The notes under the pieces were generated by a model. It made no database searches. It was given only the letters and a program-made list of their open reading frames with translations, and was not told where the DNA came from. 64,000 nt of DNA. Source: Alphaproteobacteria bacterium (GTDB taxonomy: Bacteria; Pseudomonadota; Alphaproteobacteria; UBA8366; Aestuariispiraceae). The translations under genes and the position numbers were made by a program. Below, piece by piece: positions 7,282 through 17,235 of this stretch. The stretch covers positions 1,586,353 to 1,650,352 of the forward strand of contig OZ244984.1 of NCBI GenBank assembly GCA_965223125.1, written 5' to 3'. Numbering within the stretch: the first letter of the stretch is position 1; every line of letters starts with the position of its first letter.

Positions 7282-9564
7282 ATGAAGCGGCTGCGCGCAA
7301 AGGCACATTACTGGGTTCCGCTGTTGATCCTGCTGGGTGCGCTGATCGTGCGCGTCGATCAACCGCCCTGGCTGGATGGACTGCAATTTGCGGTATTCGA
7401 CGAATTCGTGCGGGCTCACCCCAGAATCTACGATCCGGCACCGGAGGTTCCGGTACGAATTGTCGATATCGACGAGGATAGTCTGGCGGCTTTCGGACAA
7501 TGGCCCTGGTCGCGGCTCACCGTCGCGCAGATGGTGCTGAATCTGCGTCAGGCGGGGGCGGCGGTCGTCGTCTTCGATATCGTCTTTTCGGAACCGGACC
7601 GGTTGTCGCCGCCGAATGCGGTGAAGGAATGGTCCGTGCTGGAAGGGGCGGAAGGTCTGCTGGAGCAGGTCGCGGGCCTGCCCGACTTTGATCAAGCTTT
7701 CGCGCAATATCTGGACGCACTCAATCCCGTCGTTCTCGGCTTCGTACTGAGCCAGGACGACCGTCTGCCGCGAATCCCGCGATTCCGCGGCACCTTCGCG
7801 ACCAAGGGACTGGAAGCAGGTGATGTGCGCCGTTTCTTGCAGCCGGTCTATACCGGAGCGGTCACCAATCTGCCAATTCTGGAAGACGCCGCGTCGGGCA
7901 ATGGCAGTTTCAGCATGCGTCTCGAACGTGACGGGCTGGTCCGCCGAGTGCCGCTCGTCTTCCAGCTCGATCCGGTGAATGGCGGTGAGACCCTGCTCTA
8001 CCCATCGCTGGTTGCCGAGGCGTTCCGCACCGTCCAGGGCGCAAAGACCATGATCGTGCGGGCCAGCGGCACCGATACCACCGCCTCGCTGCTTGATCAG
8101 GGCACCGTTTCCGGGCTTTCTGATATTCAGATCGGCATCAAAACGATCCCGGTTGACGATTATGGCCGCCTCTGGCTGCATTCGACCGGTCATCAGAAGG
8201 ACCGCTATCTATCAGCCGCATCCATCCTGACGGGCAGTTTTGATTCGAAGCGGGTGGAGGGTGCCATAGTCTTTGTCGGATCAACGGCGGCGGGGCTGCT
8301 TGATCTACGTGCGACCCCTCTCGCCTCCCAATATCCCGGTGTCGAAATTCATGCCGAGATCGCTGAGCAGATTCTTGCCGATCATTTTCTACAGCGACCC
8401 GGCAGCGCCTTCTTCTATGAGTTGCTGTTCATCCTGAGCCTGGGTCTGGTCTTGATCTTCGCAATGCCGCGTTTGGGTGCGGTGAAATCTGCGTTATTGG
8501 GGGGAATTTGCGTTGCTGGGGCTTTCGGGTTCAGTTGGCTGCGTTTCATCCAGGATCTGCAGCTATTTGATCCGGTCTATCCCAGCGGCGCAGCATTGGC
8601 GATTTACCTTAGCGGAACGATCATCCTGTTCGTGCGGGAGGAATCGCAGCGGCGTCAAATTCGCGGGGCCTTCAGCCATTATCTCTCTCCCGCCCTGGTG
8701 CAGCAGCTGGCCGATGAACCCGATCGCCTGAAGCTCGGCGGTGAGACCAAGACGCTGACCTTCCTGTTTTGCGACGTGCGTGGATTCACCTCAATCTCGG
8801 AAAGTTTCAAGGGAAATCCCCAGGGTCTGACCGTGCTGATCAACCGCTTCCTGACACCGCTGACCGACTGTATCCTCAGCCGACGCGGCACAATCGACAA
8901 ATATATGGGCGATTGCATCATGGCCTTCTGGAATGCGCCGCTGGACGTGCCGGATCACCCGGTCTTTGCCTGCGACGCGGCCCTGTCGATGTTTGAGGCA
9001 TTGGCGGTGCTGAACCAGACCCGGCAGCACGAGGCGGAGGCGGAGGGAATCCCCTTCCTGCCACTCAATATCGGAATCGGTATCAATACGGGTGATTGTG
9101 TCGTCGGCAATATGGGCTCCGACCAGCGGTTCGACTATTCCGTACTGGGCGATGCAGTCAATCTTGCCTCCCGGCTGGAAGGTCAATCGAAGGGCTATGG
9201 TGTTGGCATCGTGATTGGACCGGATACAAGGACGGCGGTGGCTGACCGATTTGCAACGCTGGAACTGGACAGGATCGCGGTGAAAGGAAAATCCGAAGCA
9301 GTGACAATTGCCACCTGCATCGGGCGACAGGATCTGTGTGATGACCCGGAATTCCACGGCCACGCCACCCGACACCAGGCAATGCTCGCCGCCTATCGTA
9401 GCAAGGACTGGGATGGTGCGGAAGCGCTGCTGAACGATCTTAACGGGGGTCTCGACGGGCACATGGACGAATTCTATGCTCTCTACCGGGCCCGGATCGC
9501 TGAATATCGCATCAATCCACCGCCACAGGGTTGGGATGGCATTTTTGTTGCGACAAGCAAGTGA
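7282..9564 (+). CDS. CHASE2-domain sensor fused to a class III adenylate cyclase
   Basis: 760 aa. The N-terminal TM and periplasmic region with VRIVDIDEDSLAAFGQWPWSRL and VVVFDIVFSEPDR is CHASE2. Three further TMs follow, then LTFLFCDVRGFTSISE..GTIDKYMGDCIMAFWNAP..GINTGDCVVGNMGS..RFDYSVLGDAVNLASRLEG. Lys in IDKYMGD and Asp in FDYSVLG are the ATP-specifying pair. Confidence 0.9.
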   Translation: MKRLRAKAHYWVPLLILLGALIVRVDQPPWLDGLQFAVFDEFVRAHPRIYDPAPEVPVRIVDIDEDSLAAFGQWPWSRLTVAQMVLNLRQAGAAVVVFDIVFSEPDRLSPPNAVKEWSVLEGAEGLLEQVAGLPDFDQAFAQYLDALNPVVLGFVLSQDDRLPRIPRFRGTFATKGLEAGDVRRFLQPVYTGAVTNLPILEDAASGNGSFSMRLERDGLVRRVPLVFQLDPVNGGETLLYPSLVAEAFRTVQGAKTMIVRASGTDTTASLLDQGTVSGLSDIQIGIKTIPVDDYGRLWLHSTGHQKDRYLSAASILTGSFDSKRVEGAIVFVGSTAAGLLDLRATPLASQYPGVEIHAEIAEQILADHFLQRPGSAFFYELLFILSLGLVLIFAMPRLGAVKSALLGGICVAGAFGFSWLRFIQDLQLFDPVYPSGAALAIYLSGTIILFVREESQRRQIRGAFSHYLSPALVQQLADEPDRLKLGGETKTLTFLFCDVRGFTSISESFKGNPQGLTVLINRFLTPLTDCILSRRGTIDKYMGDCIMAFWNAPLDVPDHPVFACDAALSMFEALAVLNQTRQHEAEAEGIPFLPLNIGIGINTGDCVVGNMGSDQRFDYSVLGDAVNLASRLEGQSKGYGVGIVIGPDTRTAVADRFATLELDRIAVKGKSEAVTIATCIGRQDLCDDPEFHGHATRHQAMLAAYRSKDWDGAEALLNDLNGGLDGHMDEFYALYRARIAEYRINPPPQGWDGIFVATSK

Positions 9565-9703
9565 TCGTCTGCCCAGGAATTGACAGAGCTTGTTTCAAGG
9601 TTGCGATATACAAGTCTGCCCTCTGTGCTAGACTGATGCTGCGATTGTGGTTAAGGAAAAGTCGGCGCAGTTGTGATGCATCTGATCCTGCGTCTTTTCG
9701 TGA

Positions 9704-11527
9704 ATGAATACAATGCTTTGGATAGAGAATGGTGTAATGGCGGAAGATCGGGAAGACGACATCGATCTGGATGATGACGAGCGGCGGGCGGGTCGGTTCG
9801 GTCGGCGTGCCGGGGAGACGATGATCCATCGACTGGTCGAGCTTGGCATCGCGCTGTCCTCCGAGCGCGACCATGACCGGCTGATGGAAATGATCCTGTT
9901 GGAGGCCAAGAGCATCTACAATGCCGATGGCGGCACGCTCTATCTGGTGACCGAGGACGAATCCGGCCTGTCCTTCCAGATCATGCGCAATGACACCCTG
10001 AATATCGCCATGGGCGGAACGACGGGAAAGCGCATTCCCTTTCCACCGGTGCCGCTGTTTCGGCCCGATTCCTCCAAGAACATGAACAATGTCGCCTCCG
10101 CCGTCTATCACATGGCGGTGGCCAGCAATATCCCGGACGCCTATCTGGCCGAGGATTTCGATTTTTCCGGGACCAAGAAATTCGACGAGACCACGGGCTA
10201 TCGCTCCAAATCCTTTCTGACCGTGCCGATGATCAATACGCAGCGCGAGGTGATCGGCGTGCTGCAATTGATCAATGCGCGCGGCTATTCCGGCGATACC
10301 ATTCCTTTCGATGTCTCGATGCAGGCAATGATCGAGGCCCTGACCAGCCAGGCCGCCGTCGCGCTGGAAAACCAGATGCTGATCCAGCAGCAGCGCGCGC
10401 TGTGGAATTCGCTGATCGAGATGATCGCGGCCTCCATCGATGACAAGTCGCCCTATACCGGCGGTCATTGCCAGCGGGTGCCGGAAATCACCAAGCTGCT
10501 GGCCAAGGCGGCCTGCGAGTCAGAGGATGGCATCTTTGCCGGATTCGACCTGAACGAGGACGAATGGTACGAATTGCACATCGCTGCCTGGCTGCACGAT
10601 TGCGGCAAGGTGACGACGCCGGAATATGTGGTCGACAAGGCGTCGAAGCTGGAGACGATCTATAACCGCATCCACGAAATCCGCACCCGCTTCGAGGTGA
10701 TGCGCCGGGATGCGGAGATCGAATGCCTGAAGCGCAAGCTGGCGGGGGAGGATCCCGATACCTGCGACCGCGATTTCGAGTTCACCTGCACCCGGTTGCA
10801 GGAGGAATACGCATTCGTCGCCAATGCCAATGTCGGCGGGGAATTCATGGCGGACGCCGATATCGACCGCCTGAAGCTGATCGGCGGTCAGACCTGGATC
10901 CGCTATTTCGACAAGGCAATCGGCCTCAGTCCCCCGGATGCGATGCGCGCTTCAAAGAATCCGCCAGCCGCCCCGCCCGCGGTGGAGCCGCTGTTTGGCG
11001 ATCTGCCGGAACACAATACCGGCACCTACAATCTGGGCGAACTGACCAATCTGTCGATCCGGCGCGGCACCCTGACCCCGCAGGAGCGCGACAAGATCAA
11101 CGACCATATTGTCGTTACCATCAAGATGCTGGAACAGCTTCCCTTCCCGAAGAAGATGAAGCGGGTGCCCGAATATGCCGGTGGCCACCACGAGAAGATG
11201 GACGGCACCGGCTATCCGCGCGGGTTGCACAAGGAAGACATGTCGATTCCGGCGCGGATCATGGCCATTGCCGATATTTTCGAGGCCCTGACTGCCGCCG
11301 ACCGCCCCTACAAGAAGGCGAAGACAATCAGCGAATCGCTGAAGATCATGAAATTCATGTGCCAGGACCAGCATATCGATCCGGATCTGTTCGACCTCTT
11401 CCTGCGCACCAATGTCTGGAAGACCTATGCCGATGAATTCCTCGACCCGTCGCAGATTGACCCGGTGAATATCGAGGATTACCTGCCCAAACCGGAAATG
11501 TTGACCGCTACCAAGGCGGCGGAGTAG
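9704..11527 (+). CDS. GAF-domain / HD-GYP-domain phosphodiesterase (HD and GYP halves separated by a long insert)
   Basis: 607 aa. GAF-like LLEAKSIYNADGGTLYLV...SKSFLTVPMINTQREVIGVLQLINA. HD motif AAWLHDCGKVTTPEYV, then GGHHEKMDGTGYPRGL..IMAIADIFEALTAADRPYKKA. Start uncertain (ATG at 9704, 9713 or 9737). Confidence 0.9.
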   Translation: MNTMLWIENGVMAEDREDDIDLDDDERRAGRFGRRAGETMIHRLVELGIALSSERDHDRLMEMILLEAKSIYNADGGTLYLVTEDESGLSFQIMRNDTLNIAMGGTTGKRIPFPPVPLFRPDSSKNMNNVASAVYHMAVASNIPDAYLAEDFDFSGTKKFDETTGYRSKSFLTVPMINTQREVIGVLQLINARGYSGDTIPFDVSMQAMIEALTSQAAVALENQMLIQQQRALWNSLIEMIAASIDDKSPYTGGHCQRVPEITKLLAKAACESEDGIFAGFDLNEDEWYELHIAAWLHDCGKVTTPEYVVDKASKLETIYNRIHEIRTRFEVMRRDAEIECLKRKLAGEDPDTCDRDFEFTCTRLQEEYAFVANANVGGEFMADADIDRLKLIGGQTWIRYFDKAIGLSPPDAMRASKNPPAAPPAVEPLFGDLPEHNTGTYNLGELTNLSIRRGTLTPQERDKINDHIVVTIKMLEQLPFPKKMKRVPEYAGGHHEKMDGTGYPRGLHKEDMSIPARIMAIADIFEALTAADRPYKKAKTISESLKIMKFMCQDQHIDPDLFDLFLRTNVWKTYADEFLDPSQIDPVNIEDYLPKPEMLTATKAAE

Positions 11528-11655
11528 CGGCTCGCTCTGCGCCCTTTGCGATAGGATCTTTCTTCAATAGACGCAGGATTAAAAATCGGCCCCATGACCC
11601 TAAAGTATCAATTATGCACTTGCATATATCATCGATACAAAGGGATTTCAGCAAC

Positions 11656-12570
11656 TTACAAATAACCAAGCTCGCTTAGCATGTCTCCGGCGATATCCAG
11701 GAAACGGGCCTGTTGCGTCGCTGTCATGGCCATGCGCCATTGTCCCGCCGTGCCGTTGCGGAAGAAATTCGCCGGGTCTTCTTCTCCCTGTCTGCGTCCA
11801 CCTGACAGGGTGGAAAAGGCCGTTGCAGTCAGGCAATCGGTGACAATGTCGGGGCTGGAAGATACGCCCAGCCAGTCGAAAACCCCGGTCAGCACCGCCC
11901 CTGGATCGGTCAGAAGATCCTCGTAACGGATCTGTCTCACGTGATCGGGATGTGCGGTCAGTGCCGTGCGCGCAGCCAACTGGCTGTCCGTCCAGATCCG
12001 GGCGATTTCCGGCAGGAAAGCATCGAAATCCGGGAACAGTTCGGTGAAGCGCCGGGCATCCTGGCGCATGTTCTCGTGCCAGGCGGAAAGGGCGACATCC
12101 CGCCCGTCACGCAGCAGGATCAGCACCCGTGCCCCCGGAAAAACCGTAAAGACGGCATCCAGCCCCAGGATCGTGGTCGGGGTTTTCTCTGCAACAACTG
12201 CTATCCCGGGGGTATCGCCATAAGCGGCAAGGCAACCGAGCACCGTCTGGCGCAGCAGCAGTTGCACATGCGGCAGGGTGATTGCCGGGAATTCGGGATA
12301 GAGGGCAGGCTTGTGCGCATTCTGAAGGGCAACTGTGGTCGAGGCATTGCGGCACAGGGACTGAAGCGCACCCGCATAGGCACTGAAGAAGCATCCCTCT
12401 CCCCGGCAGGCGATCTCAGGGTGCCGGTCGAGCCAGAGCTGCGTCCATGTCGTGCCCGACTTGATCGACCCGCACACGAACAGCATGCGTTTCGCCGCTA
12501 CGCGGTCGATGGCGGCGCTCAGGTCCTGCCAGGTAGCAGGATAGTCCAGTCCGGTTACGGTTTTCGTCAT
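11656..12570 (-). CDS. Sulfotransferase-family protein
   Basis: Track ORF 11656..12606 begins at a TTG; I prefer the ATG at 12570 (MTKTV...). PAPS-binding-like FVCGSIKSGTTWTQLWL and later LILLRDGRDVALS. Confidence 0.8.
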   Translation of the reverse strand: MTKTVTGLDYPATWQDLSAAIDRVAAKRMLFVCGSIKSGTTWTQLWLDRHPEIACRGEGCFFSAYAGALQSLCRNASTTVALQNAHKPALYPEFPAITLPHVQLLLRQTVLGCLAAYGDTPGIAVVAEKTPTTILGLDAVFTVFPGARVLILLRDGRDVALSAWHENMRQDARRFTELFPDFDAFLPEIARIWTDSQLAARTALTAHPDHVRQIRYEDLLTDPGAVLTGVFDWLGVSSSPDIVTDCLTATAFSTLSGGRRQGEEDPANFFRNGTAGQWRMAMTATQQARFLDIAGDMLSELGYL

Positions 12571-12634
12571 GTTTTGCGCGATCCTGGAATCGCTCCCCCT
12601 CGTCAAACCGTTTCGGGCACGCTAGTTTAGGCCC

Positions 12635-15484
12635 ATGGTTGATACATCTCCAAAGGTAAAGCGACAGCGTCGGATCATCGACCGTCTGGCCGTGCAGGAA
12701 GAAATGTCCGCGGCGGTTGCCGACGTGCAGGGCGAGGCCCAGGCGCGCGCAGCCTGGCTCGGGATTCTGAAAACCGCCCTGGCAAAGGGGCGGGAGGAAA
12801 TTCGCAGCCGTTTTTTCGAAGATCATGACGGTGCCGCCTGCGTCGCGGCCAACTGCTTCCTGATCGATCAGATCGTGCGGGTGCTGTATGACAGTATTTC
12901 CCGGCATCTCTATTCCGCGCCGAATCCGACCGATGCGGAGCGGCTGGCGATTGTTGCCGTAGGCGGCTATGGCCGGGGGGAACTGGCCCCGCAATCGGAT
13001 GTCGATCTGCTGTTCCTGCATAACCGCAAGCCCGCCGCACGGGTCGATCAGGTGGTGGAGACCATCCTCTATACTTTATGGGATGTTGGATTGAAGGTCG
13101 GGCATTCGACGCGCTCGGTCGATGAATGTCTGCGTCAGGCAAAAGCGGACTGGACGATCTGTACCGCCCTGCTGGAAACCCGGTATATCTGGGGCGACAA
13201 GTCCCTGTTCGCGGAATTGCGGACCCGTTTCCGCAAGACAGCCGTTGCCGGTCGGGAAATGGATTTCCTGGAGGCCAAACTGACTGAGCGTGACGAGCGC
13301 CATGCCCGGATGGGCGACAGCCGCTATGTGCTGGAGCCGAACATCAAGGATGGCAAGGGTGGGCTGCGGGATCTGCATGCCCTCTACTGGAGTGCCAAAT
13401 TCCTGTACGGCGTCGAGGATATCGCCGAGATGGTTGCCGAGGGAGCGCTGACCAAGAGCGAGGTTGACCGTTTCGCCCGGGCACAGCAGTTCCTCTGGTC
13501 CGTGCGCTGTCATCTGCATTATCTAACCAATCGACCTGAAGAACGGCTGACCTTTGATGTGCAGCCTGAACTGGCCCAACGCATGGCCTATACCGACCGC
13601 GCGGGCGGCAGCGGTGTCGAGCGGTTCATGAAGCATTATTTTCTGGTGGCCAAGGATGTCGGCGACCTGACACGCATCTTTCTCGCCGCCTTCGAGGCCG
13701 CACAGAAACGCCGCTCCATCTTCCGCCTGCCGACAAAATTCTTTCAGCGCGATGCCAGGGGATTTCCGCTGGAAGGGCAGCGGATCAGCGTGCCCGAGCG
13801 GAAATTCTTTCGGGAAAACCCGCTGGAAATGCTTCGGATATTCCAGGTGGCGAACGAAAGCGGTCTGGCCCTGCATCCTGATGCGCTGACCGCCGTTACC
13901 CGGTCGCTGGGCAAGGTGAACGAGGCCTATCGCAACGATCCGCAGGCCAACAGGATATTCATGGATATCCTTTGTGCCCGGGAGAATCCGGACCAAACGC
14001 TGCGGGAAATGAACGAATGCGGATTGCTGGGCAAGTTCGTACCCGATTTCGGGCGCGTCGTCGCGCAGATGCAGTATGACATGTATCATGTCTATACGAC
14101 CGACGAGCACACGATCCGGGCCATCGGCATCCTGAACCGGATCGAGCGGGATTCGCTGACCGACGAGCACCCGGTCGCCAGCAAGGTGATCCATCAGGTG
14201 CAGTCACGCAATGTGCTCTATGTCGCGACGCTTTTGCATGATATCGCCAAGGGGCGCGGTGGGGACCATTCCGAACTGGGTGCGAAGGTGGCGCGCAAAC
14301 TCTGCCCGCGTCTGGGCATGAACGAGGCAGAGACGGAAACCGTGGCCTGGCTGGTGCTGCACCATCTGGCCATGTCGATGACCGCGACAAAGCGCGATCT
14401 GGAGGATCCCAAGACCGTAAGTGATTTCGTTTCGCTTGTGCAATCACCCGAAAGGCTGCGTCTGCTGCTCTGCCTGACGGTCGTGGATATCAAGGCGGTG
14501 GGGCCGAATGTCTGGAACAACTGGAAGGCAACCCTGCTGCGGGAGCTGTATTGGCGCGCGGAGGAAGTGATGGCCGGGGCTTCGGCCTCCGAAGGGCGGA
14601 TCAAGCGGGCCGGGGCTGCCAAGGCTCGGCTGGCCGACCGGTTGCAGCAGGATGGCTGGAATCAGGCCGATATCGATTCTCATCTGGCGCGCGGCGGCAA
14701 AGGTTATTTCCTGGCTCTCGACCTTGATACGCTGGTCCATCACGCCCGGATCGTGCGCGGGGCGGCGGGCAAGCGCGACGATCTGACGATGGAAACCCGT
14801 GTCGATGCGGAAAAGGCGGTGACCGAACTGACGGTTTACTGTACCGATCATCCGGGCCTGTTCGCCCGGCTGTCCGGGGCCATCGCCCTGGCAGGGGCGA
14901 CGGTGGTGGATGCAAAAATCTCCACCATGAAGGACGGAATGGCACTGGATACCTTCCTGATTCAGGACGCGGAGGGCGGGGCTTTCTCCCGCCCGGATCG
15001 GCTGGCGCGGCTGTCTGTGCTGGTGCGCCAGTCGCTGGCCGGTGAAATCCGCCCGCTGGATGAGCTTGCCAAGCGGGCGAAGACCGCACTGCCGTCGCGA
15101 ACCCGCATCTTCACCGTGCCGCCCCGGGTGCTGATCGACAATCGCGCCTCGGCCACCCATACGGTAATCGAGGTGAATGGCCGCGACCGGCCCGGCCTGC
15201 TCTATCGCCTGACCTCGGCACTGGCGGAACAGCGGCTTCAGATCGCCATCGCCAAGGTCTCCACCTATGGCGAGGAGGTGGTCGATGTGTTTTATGTCAA
15301 GGATACGTTTGGTCTGAAGATCGAACATGCGGCACGCCTCGACCAGATCCGCCAGGCCCTGCGCTATGCCCTGATCGAGGGCGAGGACCAAACCGCTCCG
15401 CCTCCCACGCAACTGGCCCGCAAGGCCCTCGCCAAACGCAGAGCAAAACGCGCGGCAGCCGCAAAGGCGCAAGCGGCTGAGTAG
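12635..15484 (+). CDS. glnD: [Protein-PII] uridylyltransferase / uridylyl-removing enzyme
   Basis: 949 aa with nucleotidyltransferase GGYGRGELAPQSDVDLLFL, HD domain LLHDIAKGRGGDHSELG and two C-terminal ACT-like repeats. Conserved glnD-murJ-trpS order. Confidence 0.95.
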   Translation: MVDTSPKVKRQRRIIDRLAVQEEMSAAVADVQGEAQARAAWLGILKTALAKGREEIRSRFFEDHDGAACVAANCFLIDQIVRVLYDSISRHLYSAPNPTDAERLAIVAVGGYGRGELAPQSDVDLLFLHNRKPAARVDQVVETILYTLWDVGLKVGHSTRSVDECLRQAKADWTICTALLETRYIWGDKSLFAELRTRFRKTAVAGREMDFLEAKLTERDERHARMGDSRYVLEPNIKDGKGGLRDLHALYWSAKFLYGVEDIAEMVAEGALTKSEVDRFARAQQFLWSVRCHLHYLTNRPEERLTFDVQPELAQRMAYTDRAGGSGVERFMKHYFLVAKDVGDLTRIFLAAFEAAQKRRSIFRLPTKFFQRDARGFPLEGQRISVPERKFFRENPLEMLRIFQVANESGLALHPDALTAVTRSLGKVNEAYRNDPQANRIFMDILCARENPDQTLREMNECGLLGKFVPDFGRVVAQMQYDMYHVYTTDEHTIRAIGILNRIERDSLTDEHPVASKVIHQVQSRNVLYVATLLHDIAKGRGGDHSELGAKVARKLCPRLGMNEAETETVAWLVLHHLAMSMTATKRDLEDPKTVSDFVSLVQSPERLRLLLCLTVVDIKAVGPNVWNNWKATLLRELYWRAEEVMAGASASEGRIKRAGAAKARLADRLQQDGWNQADIDSHLARGGKGYFLALDLDTLVHHARIVRGAAGKRDDLTMETRVDAEKAVTELTVYCTDHPGLFARLSGAIALAGATVVDAKISTMKDGMALDTFLIQDAEGGAFSRPDRLARLSVLVRQSLAGEIRPLDELAKRAKTALPSRTRIFTVPPRVLIDNRASATHTVIEVNGRDRPGLLYRLTSALAEQRLQIAIAKVSTYGEEVVDVFYVKDTFGLKIEHAARLDQIRQALRYALIEGEDQTAPPPTQLARKALAKRRAKRAAAAKAQAAE

Positions 15485-15571
15485 GGGCTGACTGGAATTC
15501 GCCGCATTGTCGCCCTCGCCATGCCCCTCGAATCTGATTAGAGGAAAGACTGGATTGGCGGGAGCGTATCT

Positions 15572-17128
15572 ATGGGATTGATGCGGTCGATTGCGACAGT
15601 GGGCGGCTGGACGATGGGGAGCCGGGTGCTGGGCTTTGCCCGCGATGCGCTGATGGCTGGCGTGTTGGGGGCCGGACCGGCGGCGGAGGCTTTCGTCGTG
15701 GCCTTTCGATTGCCCAATCTGTTCCGGCGGCTGTTTGCCGAGGGGGCGCTGAATGCCGCCCTGGTGCCGCTCTATGCCAGACGGTTGGAGCGCGAGGGCA
15801 AGGAAAGCGCGGTCGCCTTCGGCGGGGAAGCGGCGGTGCTGCTGGTGCTGGCGATGCTGGGGCTCACCGTGCTGGCGATGGCCTTCATGCCCTTTGTCAT
15901 CCTGGCGCTGGCCCCCGGCTTCGCGATAGAGGGGGAGACATTCACCCTTGCCGTTGCGCTCGGCACCATCACCTTCCCCTATCTGACCTTCATGGCCTTG
16001 TCGGCTCTGCTGTCGGGAATGCTGAACACGGTCGGGCGGTTCGGCGTCGCCGCTGCGGCACCAGTTCTGCTGAATGTCGTGCTGATCGCGGCGATGGGGC
16101 TCAGCATTGCCGACCTGCTGCCGATGCCGCCCGCTGAAGCACTGGCCTGGGGTGTTTTTATCGGCGGTGTGGTGCAATTCGGGTTGGTAGCCTGGGATTG
16201 CCATCGGATCGGTGTTCTGGTGCATCTGCCGCGCCCACGTCTGTCGCCGGATATCCGCGCCTTCCTGCGGCGGATGGGGCCGGGGGTGCTGAGTGCGGGA
16301 GTCAGTCAGATCAATGTCGTGGTCTCCACCATCCTCGCCTCGCTGTTGCCTGCAGGGGCCATCGCGCATCTCTATTATGCCGACCGGATTGCGCAACTGC
16401 CGCTGGGTGTGATCGGGGTCGCGGTTTCGGTCGCGCTGCTGCCGCTGCTGTCGCGCCAGTTGAGCGCCGGGGATGCCACAGGGGCGGGGGACAGCCTGAA
16501 CCGGTCGCTGGAGATCGGGATGCTGTTCACCCTGCCCGCCGCCGCCGCACTGATCGCGATGCCGCTGCCCGTCGTCGATGTGCTGTTCCGGCGCGGTGCC
16601 TTTTCCGCCGCTGATACGGTGCTGACCGCCCAGGTTCTGGCAGCGACGGCGGTCGGCCTGCCACCGGTCGTGCTGGCGAAGATCCTGGCCCCGGCCTTTT
16701 TCGCGCGGGGGGATACGAAAACCCCGATGCTGATCGCCATCGGATCGATGATTCTCAATGTTGCGCTGGCCTTCGCGCTGATGCGGGTGCTGGCCGCACC
16801 GGGAATCGCGCTGGCGGCGTCCATGGCAGGATGGGCGGCGGCGGCGGCGATGGGCTTCCTGCTCGCCCGGCGTGGCCATCTGCCGCTCGATCAACGCTTC
16901 CGGCGGCGGATGCCCCGGCTGATCCTGTCCGCAGGCGTGATGGGGCTGATCCTCTATGCTGGAATCCAGGCATTTCCAGACCTGACAGAGGGATCGTTGC
17001 TGATTCGAATCGGATTCCTTGCTGCCCTCGTTACGGGTGGGTCGGTGCTCTATTTCGCTCTGGCCCAGATATCGGGCGGGATCGATCTGCGCGAAGTGAA
17101 GCGGCGGCTGGCGCGGCGGCGGGGTTGA
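15572..17128 (+). CDS. murJ: Lipid II flippase MurJ (MviN)
   Basis: 518 aa polytopic protein. N-terminal [52 protein letters not shown] is diagnostic. Confidence 0.95.
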   Translation: MGLMRSIATVGGWTMGSRVLGFARDALMAGVLGAGPAAEAFVVAFRLPNLFRRLFAEGALNAALVPLYARRLEREGKESAVAFGGEAAVLLVLAMLGLTVLAMAFMPFVILALAPGFAIEGETFTLAVALGTITFPYLTFMALSALLSGMLNTVGRFGVAAAAPVLLNVVLIAAMGLSIADLLPMPPAEALAWGVFIGGVVQFGLVAWDCHRIGVLVHLPRPRLSPDIRAFLRRMGPGVLSAGVSQINVVVSTILASLLPAGAIAHLYYADRIAQLPLGVIGVAVSVALLPLLSRQLSAGDATGAGDSLNRSLEIGMLFTLPAAAALIAMPLPVVDVLFRRGAFSAADTVLTAQVLAATAVGLPPVVLAKILAPAFFARGDTKTPMLIAIGSMILNVALAFALMRVLAAPGIALAASMAGWAAAAAMGFLLARRGHLPLDQRFRRRMPRLILSAGVMGLILYAGIQAFPDLTEGSLLIRIGFLAALVTGGSVLYFALAQISGGIDLREVKRRLARRRG

Positions 17129-17235
17129 TCCGACCGGATCTGACAGAATCACCGGCGCTACATCATCTTGACCGTCCTGCTGGAACCCGCGATAAGCGGG
17201 CCTTCCATCAACACCGTTCGGGGAGTCCACATCCC

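Noticed and set aside
14444-17230. 928-aa ORF on the minus strand, the longest ORF in this part of the track
   Set aside because: It is antisense to glnD and murJ, both of which have unmistakable motifs. Its translation is a low-complexity Arg/Gly/Pro/Gln/His/Asp string, typical of shadow ORFs in GC-rich DNA. The same reasoning rejects 165..1085(+), 7240..8193(-), 9512..10468(-), 17158..18303(-), 19909..20823(-), 21798..23126(-), 27580..28452(-), 30610..31992(+), 33341..34666(+), 40185..41378(+), 43703..44704(+), 45585..47324(+), 51642..52796(-), 55336..56550(+), 56632..57984(+), 58332..59468(+) and 60697..61932(+).
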